64,000 nucleotides of DNA. Origin: Octopus sinensis (lineage: Eukaryota). The notes beneath the pieces are model-generated. The model searched no databases and was not told the origin of the DNA. It was given only the letters and a program-made list of their open reading frames with translations. The DNA lies in the NCBI RefSeq assembly GCF_006345805.1, contig NC_042997.1:30938001-31002000 (forward strand), in the 5' to 3' direction. This document shows positions 25,501 to 36,654 of this stretch, piece by piece. The translations under genes were made by a program, and so were the position numbers. The stretch's first letter is position 1. Every line of letters begins with the position of its first letter.

Positions 25501-28500
25501 GTGCCATGGGTACGGAAGCCAGTTGGCTGCTCTGGCAATGATCACGCTCGGATGGTGTTCTTGGCACCCTACTAGCACAGGCATAAGTGCCAGTAAGGTG
25601 ACGCTGGTAACGATCCATACTCGAATAACCGCTCTGTCAATGATCACACTCGTATGGTGCTCTTTACACCTTGCTAGCATGGATGCCAGTGATCGAAATG
25701 ATTTTGATTTAATAATAATAATAATAATAATGATGATGATAATGATAATCCTTTCTATTATAGGCACAAGGCCTGAAATTTGGGGTAGGGGGATAGTTGA
25801 TTACATCGACCCCAGTACTCAACTGGTACTTCATTTATTGACCCTGATACGATGATAGGTCAAGTGAACTTTGGTGGAATTGGAACTCAGAACGTAGTGA
25901 TGGGCGAAATACTACTATGAACTTCACCCAACGTGCTAACAATTCAGCCAGCTCGCTGCCTTAATCATAATAATAATAATAATGATAATAGTGGTTTCAA
26001 ATTCTGGCACAAGGCCAGCAATTTGCGGGGAGGGAGTAAGTCGATTACATTTTATCAACCTTGAAAGGTTGAAAAGCAAAGTCAATCTTGGCAGAATTTG
26101 AACTCAGGACATAAAGATGAACAAAATGCTGTTAAGTATATTTCCTGGCATGCTAACAGTTCTGCCAGCTTACTGCCTTCTATTAATATTATCATCATTA
26201 ATAATAATGATAATGATAATAACAACAACAACATCTTACATATACATATAGATATTCAATCGCAAACACATGCACGCGCACACAATACACAAATACACAT
26301 GCACAAACAGAAATTTATAATTGCATATATGTTTATCATTTTCTAAAGGAAACCTTTTCAAAACCCGGTGCTGGAAGTGGTATCTCTCACCTCCAAAGTC
26401 AAGTAAATGAAGTGAAAGGTATTCTTACGCAGAACATTGAAAAAGTACTGGAACGTGGAGACAGACTGGACGACTTGATGGATAAAACATATGAATTAGA
26501 AGAGCAGGTTAGTTATGATTTTTCATCTTTAGTTTCTCTTATTTGTTCCTCACCCTCTTTCCCTCACTTATTGTTTTCTCCTCTTACACCTCCTCTTTCT
26601 TTCTTTACCTTTTCCCATTTTCATCCCTTTCTATCTTGTCAATGATATATTATAATAATAATAATAATTGTGTACAGTGCTCAGGTGCACTACAACTCAT
26701 CTAAAGTGTATATATAATCAGGTGTAGTTTCGGCGGATTTCGGAAAGCATGAGGGCCTTAAAGGATGCAGTGTCATGGCAGTCAACAACTGACGCAGGCA
26801 GTTTATTCCATGCTTCAGCAACTCTGAGCGTGAAAAAATGTTTCCGAAAGTCATGGGAGCTGTGTTGTTTTCTGACTTTGTAGGCATGTCCACGTGTGTT
26901 GGACACATGGATATTAGTGTTTTCTCTGTAGCTGTTCAGGCTGGGTGCCAACTGTATCAATCTCACCAACCTGAGTGTGCTTGTAATAGTCATAGCCACT
27001 GTTCCACTCTGTAACAAATCTCTCTATATATAAAGCTGAAGTTGTCTGTGTATGGCAGGTTTGGTAGCCTTCAGCTAACACTATCTCCTCCGAGACCCTG
27101 CGGCACAAGTTGACCAAAATTGAGAGTATGATAGAAGAAGGCTTGCTCTTCTTTCTGTAGAAGAAAAAATTCAAATCGGACCATGTTAACACCAAAAATT
27201 ATTTACATCAAGAAGGTGCTTTTTTTCTATGAAAATCCCTACTTTTTACGATTTTTTTTACTGCTGTGTCGCCATTTTTCGGTGTATTTCAACCAGAAAA
27301 ATGTTTACGTAAAGAGAATGACAAGCTACATAATGCAAAATTTTTACTTTTCAAAAATTCCAATCCTAAAGGGTCAAAACAAACCCGAGCAACACCGGGC
27401 GATACTGCTAGTTTATTAAAAGAATAGTAACAATTTTGACAATATTTACAAGTTTAGTAAAATAATTTTGCCAATAGTAAACTGGTGCTTGGGACAAGCT
27501 AACATGGAATTTTGATGGAAAGTTCTAATGTAGATCAATTTAAAACAAGAATTTTGTATCATAAAACCAAGGATATGGTCTCAAGCAGGTTTATACTTGT
27601 TTTAGTCATTTGACTGCAGCCATGCTGGAGCACCACCTTGAAGGGTTTTGGACAAACAAAGCAACCCCAGGACTCATTTTTTAAAGCCTAAAGCCTAGTT
27701 CTTATTCTGTCAGACTCTTTTGCTGAATCACTAAGTTGTCAAGTGGTGATAGGGGTGGGGGACAAACACAGGTGCAAAGATATAAATACATTATTGTCAT
27801 TTACCAATAAAAAAAAAAACCCAAAAAAGTTCCCAAAAAACAACTACATCATCATCGTTTAGCACTTGTTTTCCATGTTAGCACGAATTGAATAGTTTGA
27901 AAGGAGCTGGCCAGACTAATTGTCTGTTGTTGCATGGTCTCTATGGCTTATGCCCTTCATAATGCCAACCACTTTACAGAGCGTACTGGGTGCTTTTTAT
28001 GTGCCACCGGCACAGGCACATTTACGCAAAACCCACATGAGTGCATTTTGCATGGCAGTGGCACCTGTAAAAGTGCAAACCTGTATGTATGGATTATAAC
28101 GTTTTTACTTGGCTTGAAGGGTCTTCTCCAGTATCTCTCTTTACTCTCTCTCTACTCTTTACTCTTTTACTTGTTTCAGTCATTTGACTGTGGCGATGCT
28201 GGAGCACCGCCTTTAGTCGAGCAAATCGACCCCGGGACTTATTCTTTGTAAGCCTAGTACTTATTCTATCGGTCACTTTTGCCGAACCGCTAGGGGGACA
28301 AACACAAACACACACACATACATATATATATATACATATATACGACAGGCTTCTTTCAGTTTCCGTCTACCAAATCCACTCACAAGGCATTGGTCGGCCC
28401 GGGGCTATAGCAGAAGACACTTGCCCAAGATGCCACGCAGTGCGACTGAACCTGGAACCATGTGGTTGGTTAGCAAGCTACTTACCACACAGCCACTCCT

Positions 28501-28786
28501 GCGCCTGTATAGTAGTATAGTAATTTTGCCACAACTCTTGGTCCCTCGTCATAGAAGTGAAAAACTGTAATATTCTCTTTTGCTTTTCTTTCAGTCCATC
28601 AAATTCCACAAGACGTCTCGTAGCATAGCAAAGAAATTCTGGTGGAAGAATACCAAGATGACCTGTCTGATGGTCTGTGGTGTACTTATACTGCTTACCA
28701 TCATTATTATCATTATTCTCTATTCTACCGGTGTATTTTCAAGTTCTGATAATAGTTCTCCAAAGCCCACCACTGCTGCTCCTTAA
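16438..28786 (+). CDS. VAMP7: Longin-domain R-SNARE, VAMP7-like (SNARE motif VAMP8/endobrevin-like); spliced CDS join(16438..16589,21276..21372,24221..24322,26349..26507,28595..28786), 233 aa
   Basis: Five GT-AG exons (152+97+102+159+192=702 nt) join in one open frame: MIHYSCICRGETILCSQ...MTYTSDNYSFHCKVENGILFLCVAD...IKNTFL...FGQVLQREM (longin), LQSQVNEVKGILTQNIEKVLERGDRLDDLMDKT (R-SNARE with zero-layer Arg), KFWWKNTKM, hydrophobic TM, stop. The VAMP7 symbol reflects domain architecture; exact orthology is unresolved. Confidence 0.93.
16784..16877. repeat. Loop-less 47-bp-arm palindrome belonging to a 124-bp insertion (16790-16913) with a 17-bp TSD
   Basis: Arms 16784-16830 and 16831-16877 pair with two G-T mismatches; atggaaaatggacatta is repeated at 16773-89 and 16914-30. 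Confidence 0.93.
16960..17265 (-). mobile_element. Family C copy
   Basis: Consensus match. Confidence 0.8.
17399..17799 (+). mobile_element. SINE family A
   Basis: Full-length consensus match. Confidence 0.9.
18272..18975 (+). mobile_element. SINE A with nested SINE B (about 18421-18652)
   Basis: SINE A is split at agaaactgaaagaag, which is duplicated on both sides of the B copy. Confidence 0.85.
19084..19306. mobile_element. Foldback MITE with ~107-bp arms
   Basis: 19084-19191 pairs with 19200-19306 with few mismatches. Confidence 0.85.
19611..19838. mobile_element. piggyBac-like MITE (second, inverted copy at 57287-57513)
   Basis: ttaacccctttagcatt / aatactaaagggtta ends; TTAA at both ends of the 57.3-kb copy. 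Confidence 0.7.
20226..20460 (-). mobile_element. SINE family B
   Basis: Full-length consensus match. Confidence 0.9.
20714..21116 (+). mobile_element. SINE family A
   Basis: Full-length; ends 160 bp before the exon 2 acceptor. Confidence 0.9.
21276..21372 (+). CDS. VAMP7: VAMP7-like coding exon 2 (longin)
   Basis: Acceptor tttcttttccag, donor gtaaga 21373; 97 nt completes the phase-2 codon. YSFHCKVENGILFLCVADPNMGKQGPHSFLLE aligns to VAMP7 YLFHYICQDRIVYLCITDDDFERSRAFNFLNE. Confidence 0.92.
21520..21820 (-). mobile_element. Degenerate SINE related to family D (related copies at 13480-13770 and 60840-61035)
   Basis: Shared cagctga.tgaactggag..acgtgaa.taaagtgtcttgctcaag...gggaattga.....actacc segment. 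Confidence 0.6.
22600..23085 (-). mobile_element. Degenerate RTE LINE RT C-terminal fragment (in VAMP7-like intron)
   Basis: Minus strand GIKLHLYASIAISTALHSSKT...NVFHRWCFRKILKI...SNEIMKKA, matching the RTE KLRLY...ETW...FHQRCLRKIL motif by eye. Confidence 0.7.
23474..24068 (-). mobile_element. Family C copy with an expanded internal tandem array (about 8 units of 45-60 bp)
   Basis: Repeated gtgctttt..gtgccaccggcac.gaagccagtc..ggcggc.ctggcatcggccacg units; explains ORFs 23489-24163. Confidence 0.85.
24221..24322 (+). CDS. VAMP7: VAMP7-like coding exon 3 (longin C-terminal helices)
   Basis: Acceptor ttcttttcaatag, donor gtattt 24323; 102 nt, phase 0; IKNTFLNGRLAARASSAFSHEFDRDFGQVLQREM. Confidence 0.9.
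25196..25700 (-). mobile_element. Family C copy (second subfamily of internal units)
   Basis: Consensus match; internal units resemble those at 40424-40905. Confidence 0.8.
26349..26507 (+). CDS. VAMP7: VAMP7-like coding exon 4 (R-SNARE motif)
   Basis: Acceptor cattttctaaag, donor gttagt 26508; 159 nt; ETFSKPGAGSGISHLQSQVNEVKGILTQNIEKVLERGDRLDDLMDKTYELEEQ. Confidence 0.95.
26655..27018 (-). mobile_element. CR1-type LINE 3' end (short 3'-only copy at 24686-24760)
   Basis: NTRGHAYKVRKQHSSHDFRKHFFTLRVAEAWNKLPASVV, the TRGH..RV..WN.LP motif; (TTA)n tail. Confidence 0.85.
27019..27411 (+). mobile_element. Non-autonomous Helitron
   Basis: A|TC start, 3' hairpin cccgagcaacaccggg, CTAG|T end, no TSD. 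Confidence 0.88.
28136..28505 (-). mobile_element. SINE family A (small internal deletion)
   Basis: Consensus match; lies 90 bp upstream of the last exon acceptor. Confidence 0.9.
28595..28786 (+). CDS. VAMP7: VAMP7-like coding exon 5 (SNARE end, TM helix, luminal tail, stop)
   Basis: Acceptor tgcttttctttcag; SIKFHKTSRSIAKKFWWKNTKMTCLMVCGVLILLTIIIIIILYSTGVFSSSDNSSPKPTTAAP*. Confidence 0.95.
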   Translation, partial: SIKFHKTSRSIAKKFWWKNTKMTCLMVCGVLILLTIIIIIILYSTGVFSSSDNSSPKPTTAAP

Positions 28787-29911
28787 GCAGAGACAATTAA
28801 AACCACACACAGACGAAGATTTGACAAGTTGCTCTGTATAAATATATTTTATATATCTTACACATATATATATTTCTATGATTCCGAAAAATTTTTTCCC
28901 CCCTGTATCATCAGTCTGCTATAATTCCATTTTTTTAATCTTTTATGTGTCATCTCCCTTATAATTCCATATTTTTGTTTTATGTCATCAAGTTTTTATA
29001 AGCCACCCCACCCATCTATTTTTTTTTTGTTGATTTAGATTTTGTTGGTGAAGATGATTTATATGATGCTAATGAAAAACAATGATGATGAGGAGGATTT
29101 GTATGACTCTGTTGAATATATGTGCATCATTAAAATCAATTAAAATTTTAATCAATGTTTTAAAATTCATTGGACATTCCTGGTGGTTACCCTCCCCACA
29201 TATGTAGATACGCCTGACGAAAATATTTGATAATGCTGTTTTGGATTTAACTCATTTTAATTGATCTACCCTCATCCCCTACCTGCCACCCCACCATATT
29301 TTTGCTAAGGGTTCTTGCATTGTGATCTACAATCTATGATGGACAACATGTAAACTTGTACAACCATTACAACAAATTTGATTTGGTAAACCGATTTAAC
29401 CGCTGGCATCGTGGACTGATTTTTATATGTTGATTTGATGATTGAGAATACCAGATACTTTGGTCAATGGAATTACCTAATCATCAAATCATGGTGTAAA
29501 TGGCTGAGTATTCCTCAGACTTTTGTCCCCTTTATGTAATCCCCAAACAAAAATCATTGTAATACTATGTGACAAAACTGGCCCTTTGAATAATAGGCAT
29601 GATAAGCTTTCATAGTTTTTGTCTCCCCTGTTTCATTGATAGGGCATTGGGGTGATGCAAAGCTGTCGTGGAAGATACTGGGGAATGAGATGGTTTGGCA
29701 CAGATGTTTGCTGTCCGGTATTTGGCATCGTTGATTTGATGCTGACTTATTTGACATCAGGCTTTTCTATGTTTCTTGTTTTAATGGTTCTCTTATTCTC
29801 TGTCTGTCTGTTTGTTTATGTGTGTGTGTGCATATTTCTCTTTATGTTATGAGAAGAAAAATGTTTGTGTCATCTGTGTTCAATTAATAAATCGTAATGT
29901 CTCTCTTTCTC

Positions 29912-29946
<35 letters not shown>

Positions 29947-30222
29947 TTCTGCATGTGCATGCTTGTGAGTGTGTTTGCCTCAGGTGCCAAAAAGTACTGT
30001 TGCCAAAAAGGTTCAATGTCCAGTCAGCCGATGCGAAATTGCCAGCACCCAAACTGCTGCGCCCAATCATCTCGTACCAAAGTTATCTAAGGGTCAGTGT
30101 TGGGATCAAATCTGAGACCTCTTTATCACACAGCTGACATTTCTAGACACACACACACACAAACACACACGTCAGTTGTCTACAGAAACTATTCTTGTGT
30201 AAAGTTGCCAACTAACTTTTGT

Positions 30223-30228
30223 AATAAA
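30223..30228 (+). terminator. Candidate polyadenylation signal of the VAMP7-like 3' UTR (alternative AATAAA at 29886-29891)
   Basis: AATAAA followed about 20 nt later by a T/GT-rich tract, at the end of about 1.5 kb of largely TE-free sequence after the stop. Motif evidence only. Confidence 0.3.
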
Positions 30229-30329
30229 TTCTATGAAATTGAAAATATTGTTTTACTGACTGGATTCACTTGATACTCTCTATATGAGATAAAATTTCTA
30301 TCCTGTATGAATATGTATGTAATATATAT

Positions 30330-31465
30330 ATATTTCTTTACTACCCACAAGGGGCTAAACACAGAGGGGACAGACAAAGGGATTAAGTCCATTACATCGA
30401 CCCCAGTGCGTAACTGGTACTTAATTTATCGACCCCGAAAGGATGAAAGGCAAAGTCGACCTCGGCGGAATTTGAACTCGGAACGCAACGACAGACGAAA
30501 TACGGCTACGAATTTCGCCCGGCGTGCTACCGTTTCTGCCAGCTCGCCGCCTTATGTGTGTAATATATATATGAGTGTGTATATATGTATCTATACTTGT
30601 ATGTTGTGTAAAACTAAATCACTGCTGTTTAAAATCTTTGTCTTTATACAATTCATGTGATTACCCTATGAGGGAACCCTTATGTGATCTGTTATAAATA
30701 GCAACCAAATCTCTTTCAAATCACAACTATCATCATGAAAGATGTATTAAGCAATATAGTATTAAACGTACAAGAGCCAGGATGGTGATGGTTCTTATTT
30801 CTTATTTCTTTACTGCCCACAAGGGGCTACGCACAGGGGGGACAACCAAGGACAGACAAATGGATTAAGTCGATTATATCGATCACAGTGTGTAACTGGT
30901 ACTTATTTAATCGACCCCCAAAGGATGAAAGGCAAAGTTGACCTCGGCGGAATTTGAACACAGAATGTAGCGGCAGATGAAATACCTATTTCTTTACTAC
31001 TCACAAGGGGCTAAACACAGAGATGACAAACAAGGACAGACAAACGGATTAAGTTGATTATATCGACCCCAGTCGAAGGCGGCGAGCTGGCAGAAATGTT
31101 AGCATACCGGGCGAAATGCGTTGCCGTATTTCGTCTGCTGTTACGTTCTGAGTTCAAATTCTGCCGAGGTCAAGTTTGCCTTTCAACCATCCGGGGTCGA
31201 TAAATTAAGTACCAGTTATGCACTGGGGTCGATGTAATCGACTTAATCCCTTTGTCTGTCGTTGTTTGTCTCTGTGTTTAGCCCCTTGTGGGTAGTAAAG
31301 AAATATATATCGACCCCAGTGCATAACTGGTACTTAATTTATTGACTCCGAAAGGATGAAAGGCAAATTGACCTCAGCGGAATTTGAACTCAGAACGTAA
31401 GCGCAGATGAAATATGGCTAAGCATTTCGCCCGGCATGCTAACGAATCTGCCAGCCCGCTGCCTT
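30330..31465. mobile_element. Cluster of SINE B copies, including a + copy (31074-31305) nested in a - copy
   Basis: 15-bp TSD tatatcgaccccagt at 31059-73 and 31306-20. Confidence 0.88.
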
Positions 31466-31927
31466 GATGGTTCTAACAGCTTTTATCATATATTTACTTA
31501 ATCAAGGGGTATCCTTGAGCTAAGCCTTGAGTATCTTTATAATGAATCCAAGGTAAGTAGGCCTAGCAGACTGATTCAATTACTCCCTGCTCACTTGATG
31601 TGTTGATTTCACTTTGTAAGCAATTGAAAAATTTACCAACTTTATTGATCTCACAGTGTGAGGAAGCTTCTGCTTGTGATAGATAGCAAGATGTTGTGTG
31701 AACTTAGTCAAACCCGATTAAGCAGGTAGCTGACAAATATGTGGTCAGTCGATAGAATAGAAGCAATCTATTAACTCTGGTTCCAGATATATCTTTGTCT
31801 ACAAGAAACTTCATCATTCAGTAAGCCCCGAGTCACCTCTGACTGAGTAGACCTATGTCCAAACATATTCACGCCATTATTTTGGTTTGAGGAATTGTAT
31901 ATTTAGGATTATATTGTTCAACATGTA

Positions 31928-32375
31928 CAGGGTGTTTCAAAAGTCTATGTCACATTCTAAGAATGTTCTCTTTGCCGGGCACAAACACCCCTCCTTATAT
32001 TTTGCATGCCAATTTAAAATGGAACGTCTGTCTGGTGACTGCTTGGCAAACATTGTATGAAATTTGCATTGAACACGTGTCCATGGATACAGTTTTAGCA
32101 TATTCTTGGACGCAAAATGGCTTCTCTTGTTTTGTGAATGACGTTGTGGTGCACCTGAGCACTGTATACAATAATTTCATTATTATTATTTATTATTTAA
32201 CATTACTGGATTTGAAAAGAGACAAAAAGTCTTAAACTAATTAAATTAAAATTAAATTAACAGAAGAAAACTTGACACTTTTCGCTTTTAAACAGTACCA
32301 GTTCAATCATACTACCGTTTCTAGTTCATGATATAAGAGTTCTTAGAATATGACATAGACTTTTGAAACACCTTG
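31928..32375 (-). mobile_element. Tc1/mariner deletion derivative (HTH resembles rosa/DD41D-type, DUF4817-like)
   Basis: 36-bp TIRs ca(g/a)ggtgtttcaaaagtctatgtca.attctaagaa with TA TSDs; frameshifted FTKQEKPFCVQEYAKT.SWTRVQCKF...PDRRSILNW. Subfamily is inferred because the catalytic domain is absent. Confidence 0.8.
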
Positions 32376-32703
32376 TATTTTTATCAGTTTTTTTTTCAAG
32401 CTTGTAGGGTATATTTTACAAGAGATTTAGCCTTTATATCTAGCAGAGTGTTTGACTACAGAGGTTCACTCATTGGCAATGTTTTGATCTTAGAGTGTAG
32501 AGAGGGTAACAGAGGCCTAACCAAATTCAGCATATTTTTTTTCCTTGAAAATTCTACATATATACATGACATACATATCTGTGTGTGTACACACCTCATA
32601 ATTAATTTTAATGTAGCCTCCAATATCAAAAAATTTCACTTTTGGTTTTTCTGTTCAAAGGAACAATAAAACAAAAACTAGATATTTCCACTGCATTGAT
32701 TGC

Positions 32704-33110
32704 TCTTTTACTCTTTTACTTGTTTCAGTCATTTGAGTGTGGCCATACTAGAGCACCGCCTTTAGTTGAGCAAATCGACCCCAGGACTTATTCTTTGTAG
32801 GCCTAGTACTTATTCTATCGGTCCCTTTTGCCGAACCGCTAAGTTACGGAGACGTAAACACACCAACATCGGTTGTCAAGCGATGTTGGGGGGGGGGGAC
32901 AAACACAGACATACAAACATATACACACACATACATATATATATACATATATGCGATGGGCTTCTTTCAGTTTTCGTCTACCAAATCCACTCACAAGGCT
33001 TTGGTCGGCCCGAGGCTATAGTAGAAGACACTTGCCCAAGGTGCCATACGGTTCGACTGAACCCAGAACCATGTGGTTCGTAAGCAAGCTACTTACCACA
33101 GAGCCACTCA
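32704..33110 (-). mobile_element. SINE family A
   Basis: Consensus match. Confidence 0.88.
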
Positions 33111-33240
33111 AAATTTTTATCTTTATTTCATAATCTATTATGTATTTAATGAATAGCATGTCCGTTGTAAAGAAACAGATACCTATTAAACTACCATCTC
33201 TAAGGCTTTTAAAAGGTGAGATGGTTACAGTTGGAATGTT

Positions 33241-34116
33241 CGTGGTGTAGACAAAAAGTATCTGACCTTGACTTTTTTTGCACAAAATAATAATGCGTGA
33301 GCAAAATCCACCTGGGTATTAGGTGGCCACGTACCTTCCTGAGCATGTGCAAAAATTTTCGTGTCTGTAGGTTGAGACATTCCCCCATAGTGACGCGTTG
33401 AGTACAGACGCAGAGTGTGCTGTGGGATTTATTCTTTTGAGTCAAGACGACCGAGCGCATTGAGCAAAGATGCTATATCAAATTCTGCCAAAATGTTGGT
33501 GATACACAAGCTCAGACTATCGAGAAGATTCAGAAGGCCTTTGAAGATGATGCTATGGGAAAAAAACACAAATAAAGGAGTGGTACAACCGGTTCAAAGA
33601 TGGCCGTACCTCAGTGGATAGTGAGTCATAGTGTGGCAGACCATTGACTAGAAGAAACGACGAAATGATTGCAAAGGTTCTTCGTCGCCTTCGTGAAGCT
33701 GTACAGCAAAAACAACCTGATCTATTGTGGGCAGCAAAGAACTGACAGACAACTCCACCCGCTCATTCTGTCCACGTCGTCCAAGCATTGCTCGTCAAGC
33801 AAAACACCACTTGTTTGTCAGGTTTTCTTCTCCCCAGACTTGACTCCGTGCGATTTTTAGCTATTCCTAAAGCTAAAAACAAAAACAAAAAACAAAAACA
33901 CTCAATTGAAGAAGATTTGAATCAACAGGGGACATTAAGCATAATTCAACGGTACAGCTCTACAGCATCTCAAAAAGTGGTTTCAGGAACGCTGGCAGAA
34001 ATTTGTAGACTCCAAAGGCGAATACTTTGAAGGAGACTAAATCAAAACGGTGAGTTTTTTTAAAAAATATTACTTGTTTTTTGGCCAAGGGTCAGTTTCT
34101 TTTTGACTACACCTCG
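33241..34116 (+). mobile_element. Internally deleted, degenerate mariner (irritans/mauritiana-like)
   Basis: TIRs cg(t/a)ggtgtag.caaaaag...ctgacc.ttg; peptides ERIEQRCYIKFC...IKEWYNRFKDGRTSV, SPDLTPCDF and FQERWQKFVDSKGEYFEGD*. Confidence 0.85.
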
Positions 34117-34328
34117 TGTGTGATTTTAGGTTTGCTTGATCAGAACTGACCTGGGCCTAAAGAACAACGATGAAATCAAGTGGCGTGGAATGCTGTGACA
34201 ATTTCTCCGTAAATTCCCTCTGAATCCAGTTTCAGTCCTGGTTAAAATTGTCCCTCTTACATCGCCAAATCTCCCAAGAAAAAATATGGACATTGCAACG
34301 TAACAATTTATGCCATATCACTTAAAAT

Positions 34329-35082
34329 CAGTGCTCGTCAAAATGGACAGTACAGCCACCTAGAGTAAGGTGGAAAATTTATAAACGTAGCAGTAAGCGG
34401 GTGACGGATGTATTTAATTAACTCAATCTTTTGTTTTCATTCTGTGTGTTGGACATCAGGTATTATTAATAGTAGAAGTGTTTTGATATTCCATAATGAC
34501 TTGCGTGCAAAGGCAATGAACATGTGTAAATGGCCATAACATGTCGGTGGCAGATTTTGTGGTGTATTTAATTTTATTGACTTGTAGCAAAGGGACGTTA
34601 AATAACTGGGATCTTTTCGGTTTGAACGGCAGTTTTTTCTAGCGGTGTCATATGAAATTGTCACCCATAATTATGATCCTAGTATCGATCTATTGCATTT
34701 CAATCTGTTTTAGGGTTAGAAGTGGGGGGGAAGGGTATCTTTTTTTTTTTTTCAGAAATGTAAATAAACCCAATCTGTTTCTTAAACGAGGGACATATTC
34801 ATACGGCACAGAATGTTTTCACCTCAATAGACGTCATTGATTGGTTGAAATTGCAGAAATTGAAGAAAAAAAAGCAACAAATATCTTAGAAACTATAGAA
34901 TTTTCTCAATAAAGCCAAGAGAAAAAGATGTTTTATAAACACATTCTACCAGTATACGAAGTTTAAAATTTTTTAGTTACGTGGAAATTATTTTAAAAAA
35001 CTGCCGGTCAAACCGAAAAGATCCAATAACTGTTAGTAAAAGAAAGGGGACGATAGTTTCAATAAAAGTTTGAGAAGCACGG
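34329..35082. mobile_element. hAT-type MITE hosting a Merlin-like MITE
   Basis: Ends cagtgctcgtcaaa / tttgagaagcacgg; degenerate 8-bp TSD cttaaaat / tttaagat. Confidence 0.6.
34609..35024. mobile_element. Merlin-like MITE (GG termini, 8-bp TSD)
   Basis: 29-bp TIR ggatcttttcggtttga.cggcagttttt; TSD aataactg on both sides. Confidence 0.85.
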
Positions 35083-35426
35083 TTTAAGATCTTAAATAGT
35101 ATAAAAAAAGAGAAGAAAAACAACAAATAAAGAAAACAAGGGACATAAACAATATAAACGTTTTAAAGAGTTATTTCCCTTGAAATCAGACATATTTGGA
35201 AAGAATAAATGTAATCGTTACCAAAATTTTCAATGTAGTATGTCAACAGGCAGTCACAGATCTGTTGGTCTGTTTTGCCTAGAGTTCCTTAATTCCTTTC
35301 TTGTTTCACTCAAAATGCTACGGCACCGCCTCGGAAGGTCTAGTCAAGTGGTTCTCACCCATTTTTTTGCCTATGGGCTCCTTTGATTCCACTTTTACTC
35401 TATTGGACCTCCGTAGCCATACGATG

Positions 35427-35464
<38 letters not shown>

Positions 35465-35671
35465 TAGATAGATATAGATATAATCCTGCTATATTTTTAT
35501 AATTAAATATTATTAGGAATTGTCTCGAAAATTCTGAAAATATTTTGTGTATTGTAGAAGTATAAGTAATTTATTGTACATAAATTTTAACAAAATCTTA
35601 TATGGACCTCTAAGAGTCATAGGCACCCCGGTTGAGAATCACCGCTTTAGTTGAACGAATCGACCTACACA

Positions 35672-36090
35672 GGCGTGAGTGTGTGATAAGAAATTTGCAT
35701 CTCAGCCATATGGTTCCTGGTTCAGTCCCACTGTGTGGCGCCTCGGGCGAGTGTCTTCTACTATAGCGTTGGGCCGATCAACACCTTGTGAGAGGATTTG
35801 GTTGACAGAAACTGAAAGAAAGGTGGCGTGCTGGCAGAAACGTCAGCGCGCCGGGCGAAATGCTTAGCGATATTTCGTTTGTCTTTAACGTTCTGAGTTC
35901 AAATTCCGTCGAGGTCGACATTGTCTTTTATCCATTCTTGGTCGATAAATTAAGTACCAGGTACGCACTGGGGTCGATGTAATCGACGTAGTCCCTTTGT
36001 CTGTCCTTGTTTGTCCCCTCTGTGTTTAGCCCCTTGTGGGCAATAAAGAAATATAAAGAAATAAGAAACTGAAACAAATCCGTTGTATGT
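35672..36090 (+). mobile_element. Partial SINE A with nested SINE B (about 35820-36062)
   Basis: B sits at the same agaaactgaaa site as in 18272-18975. Confidence 0.8.
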
Positions 36091-36654
36091 ACATACGCGC
36101 GCGCTCATATATACGCATTACATATGCATTACACACACACACTCACACACACACACACACACACATCTATCCTTTAATTCGTTTACGGGAAACATTTTGG
36201 ATTAGGCATATTAAAAGCCGTTTTATTATGTTGGCTACAGCCTAATGATACCAACTTGCAATAGCAGTTCTATGAGGTTGTACTGAGATGTGCCGTTATA
36301 ATAGGATAAATATAGTAATAATTATAATAATCCATGGATGAAATTTATATTTTAATGCATCGCTTCGCACGTTTCCACAAATCACATGTTTCTTACGTTC
36401 ATAGTCCGTATTCCTGGGATGATTACTGTACGGTCTGTAGTAACCATGGACACGAAAAAGCTGCAGATCAAAGCAAAATAAACAACGATAGAATGGTTAC
36501 ATATAAGAATGATAAAAGCTCCTCCATAAAAAAAAATAAGTCCAAACAGCGCCATACAATTGACAGTGCAATCCATACGTAAAGAAAACACTGTTACAGG
36601 AAGAACAAATGCGAACACTAATAATATCTCCGCTTATAGAACCGGAAAAGATGA

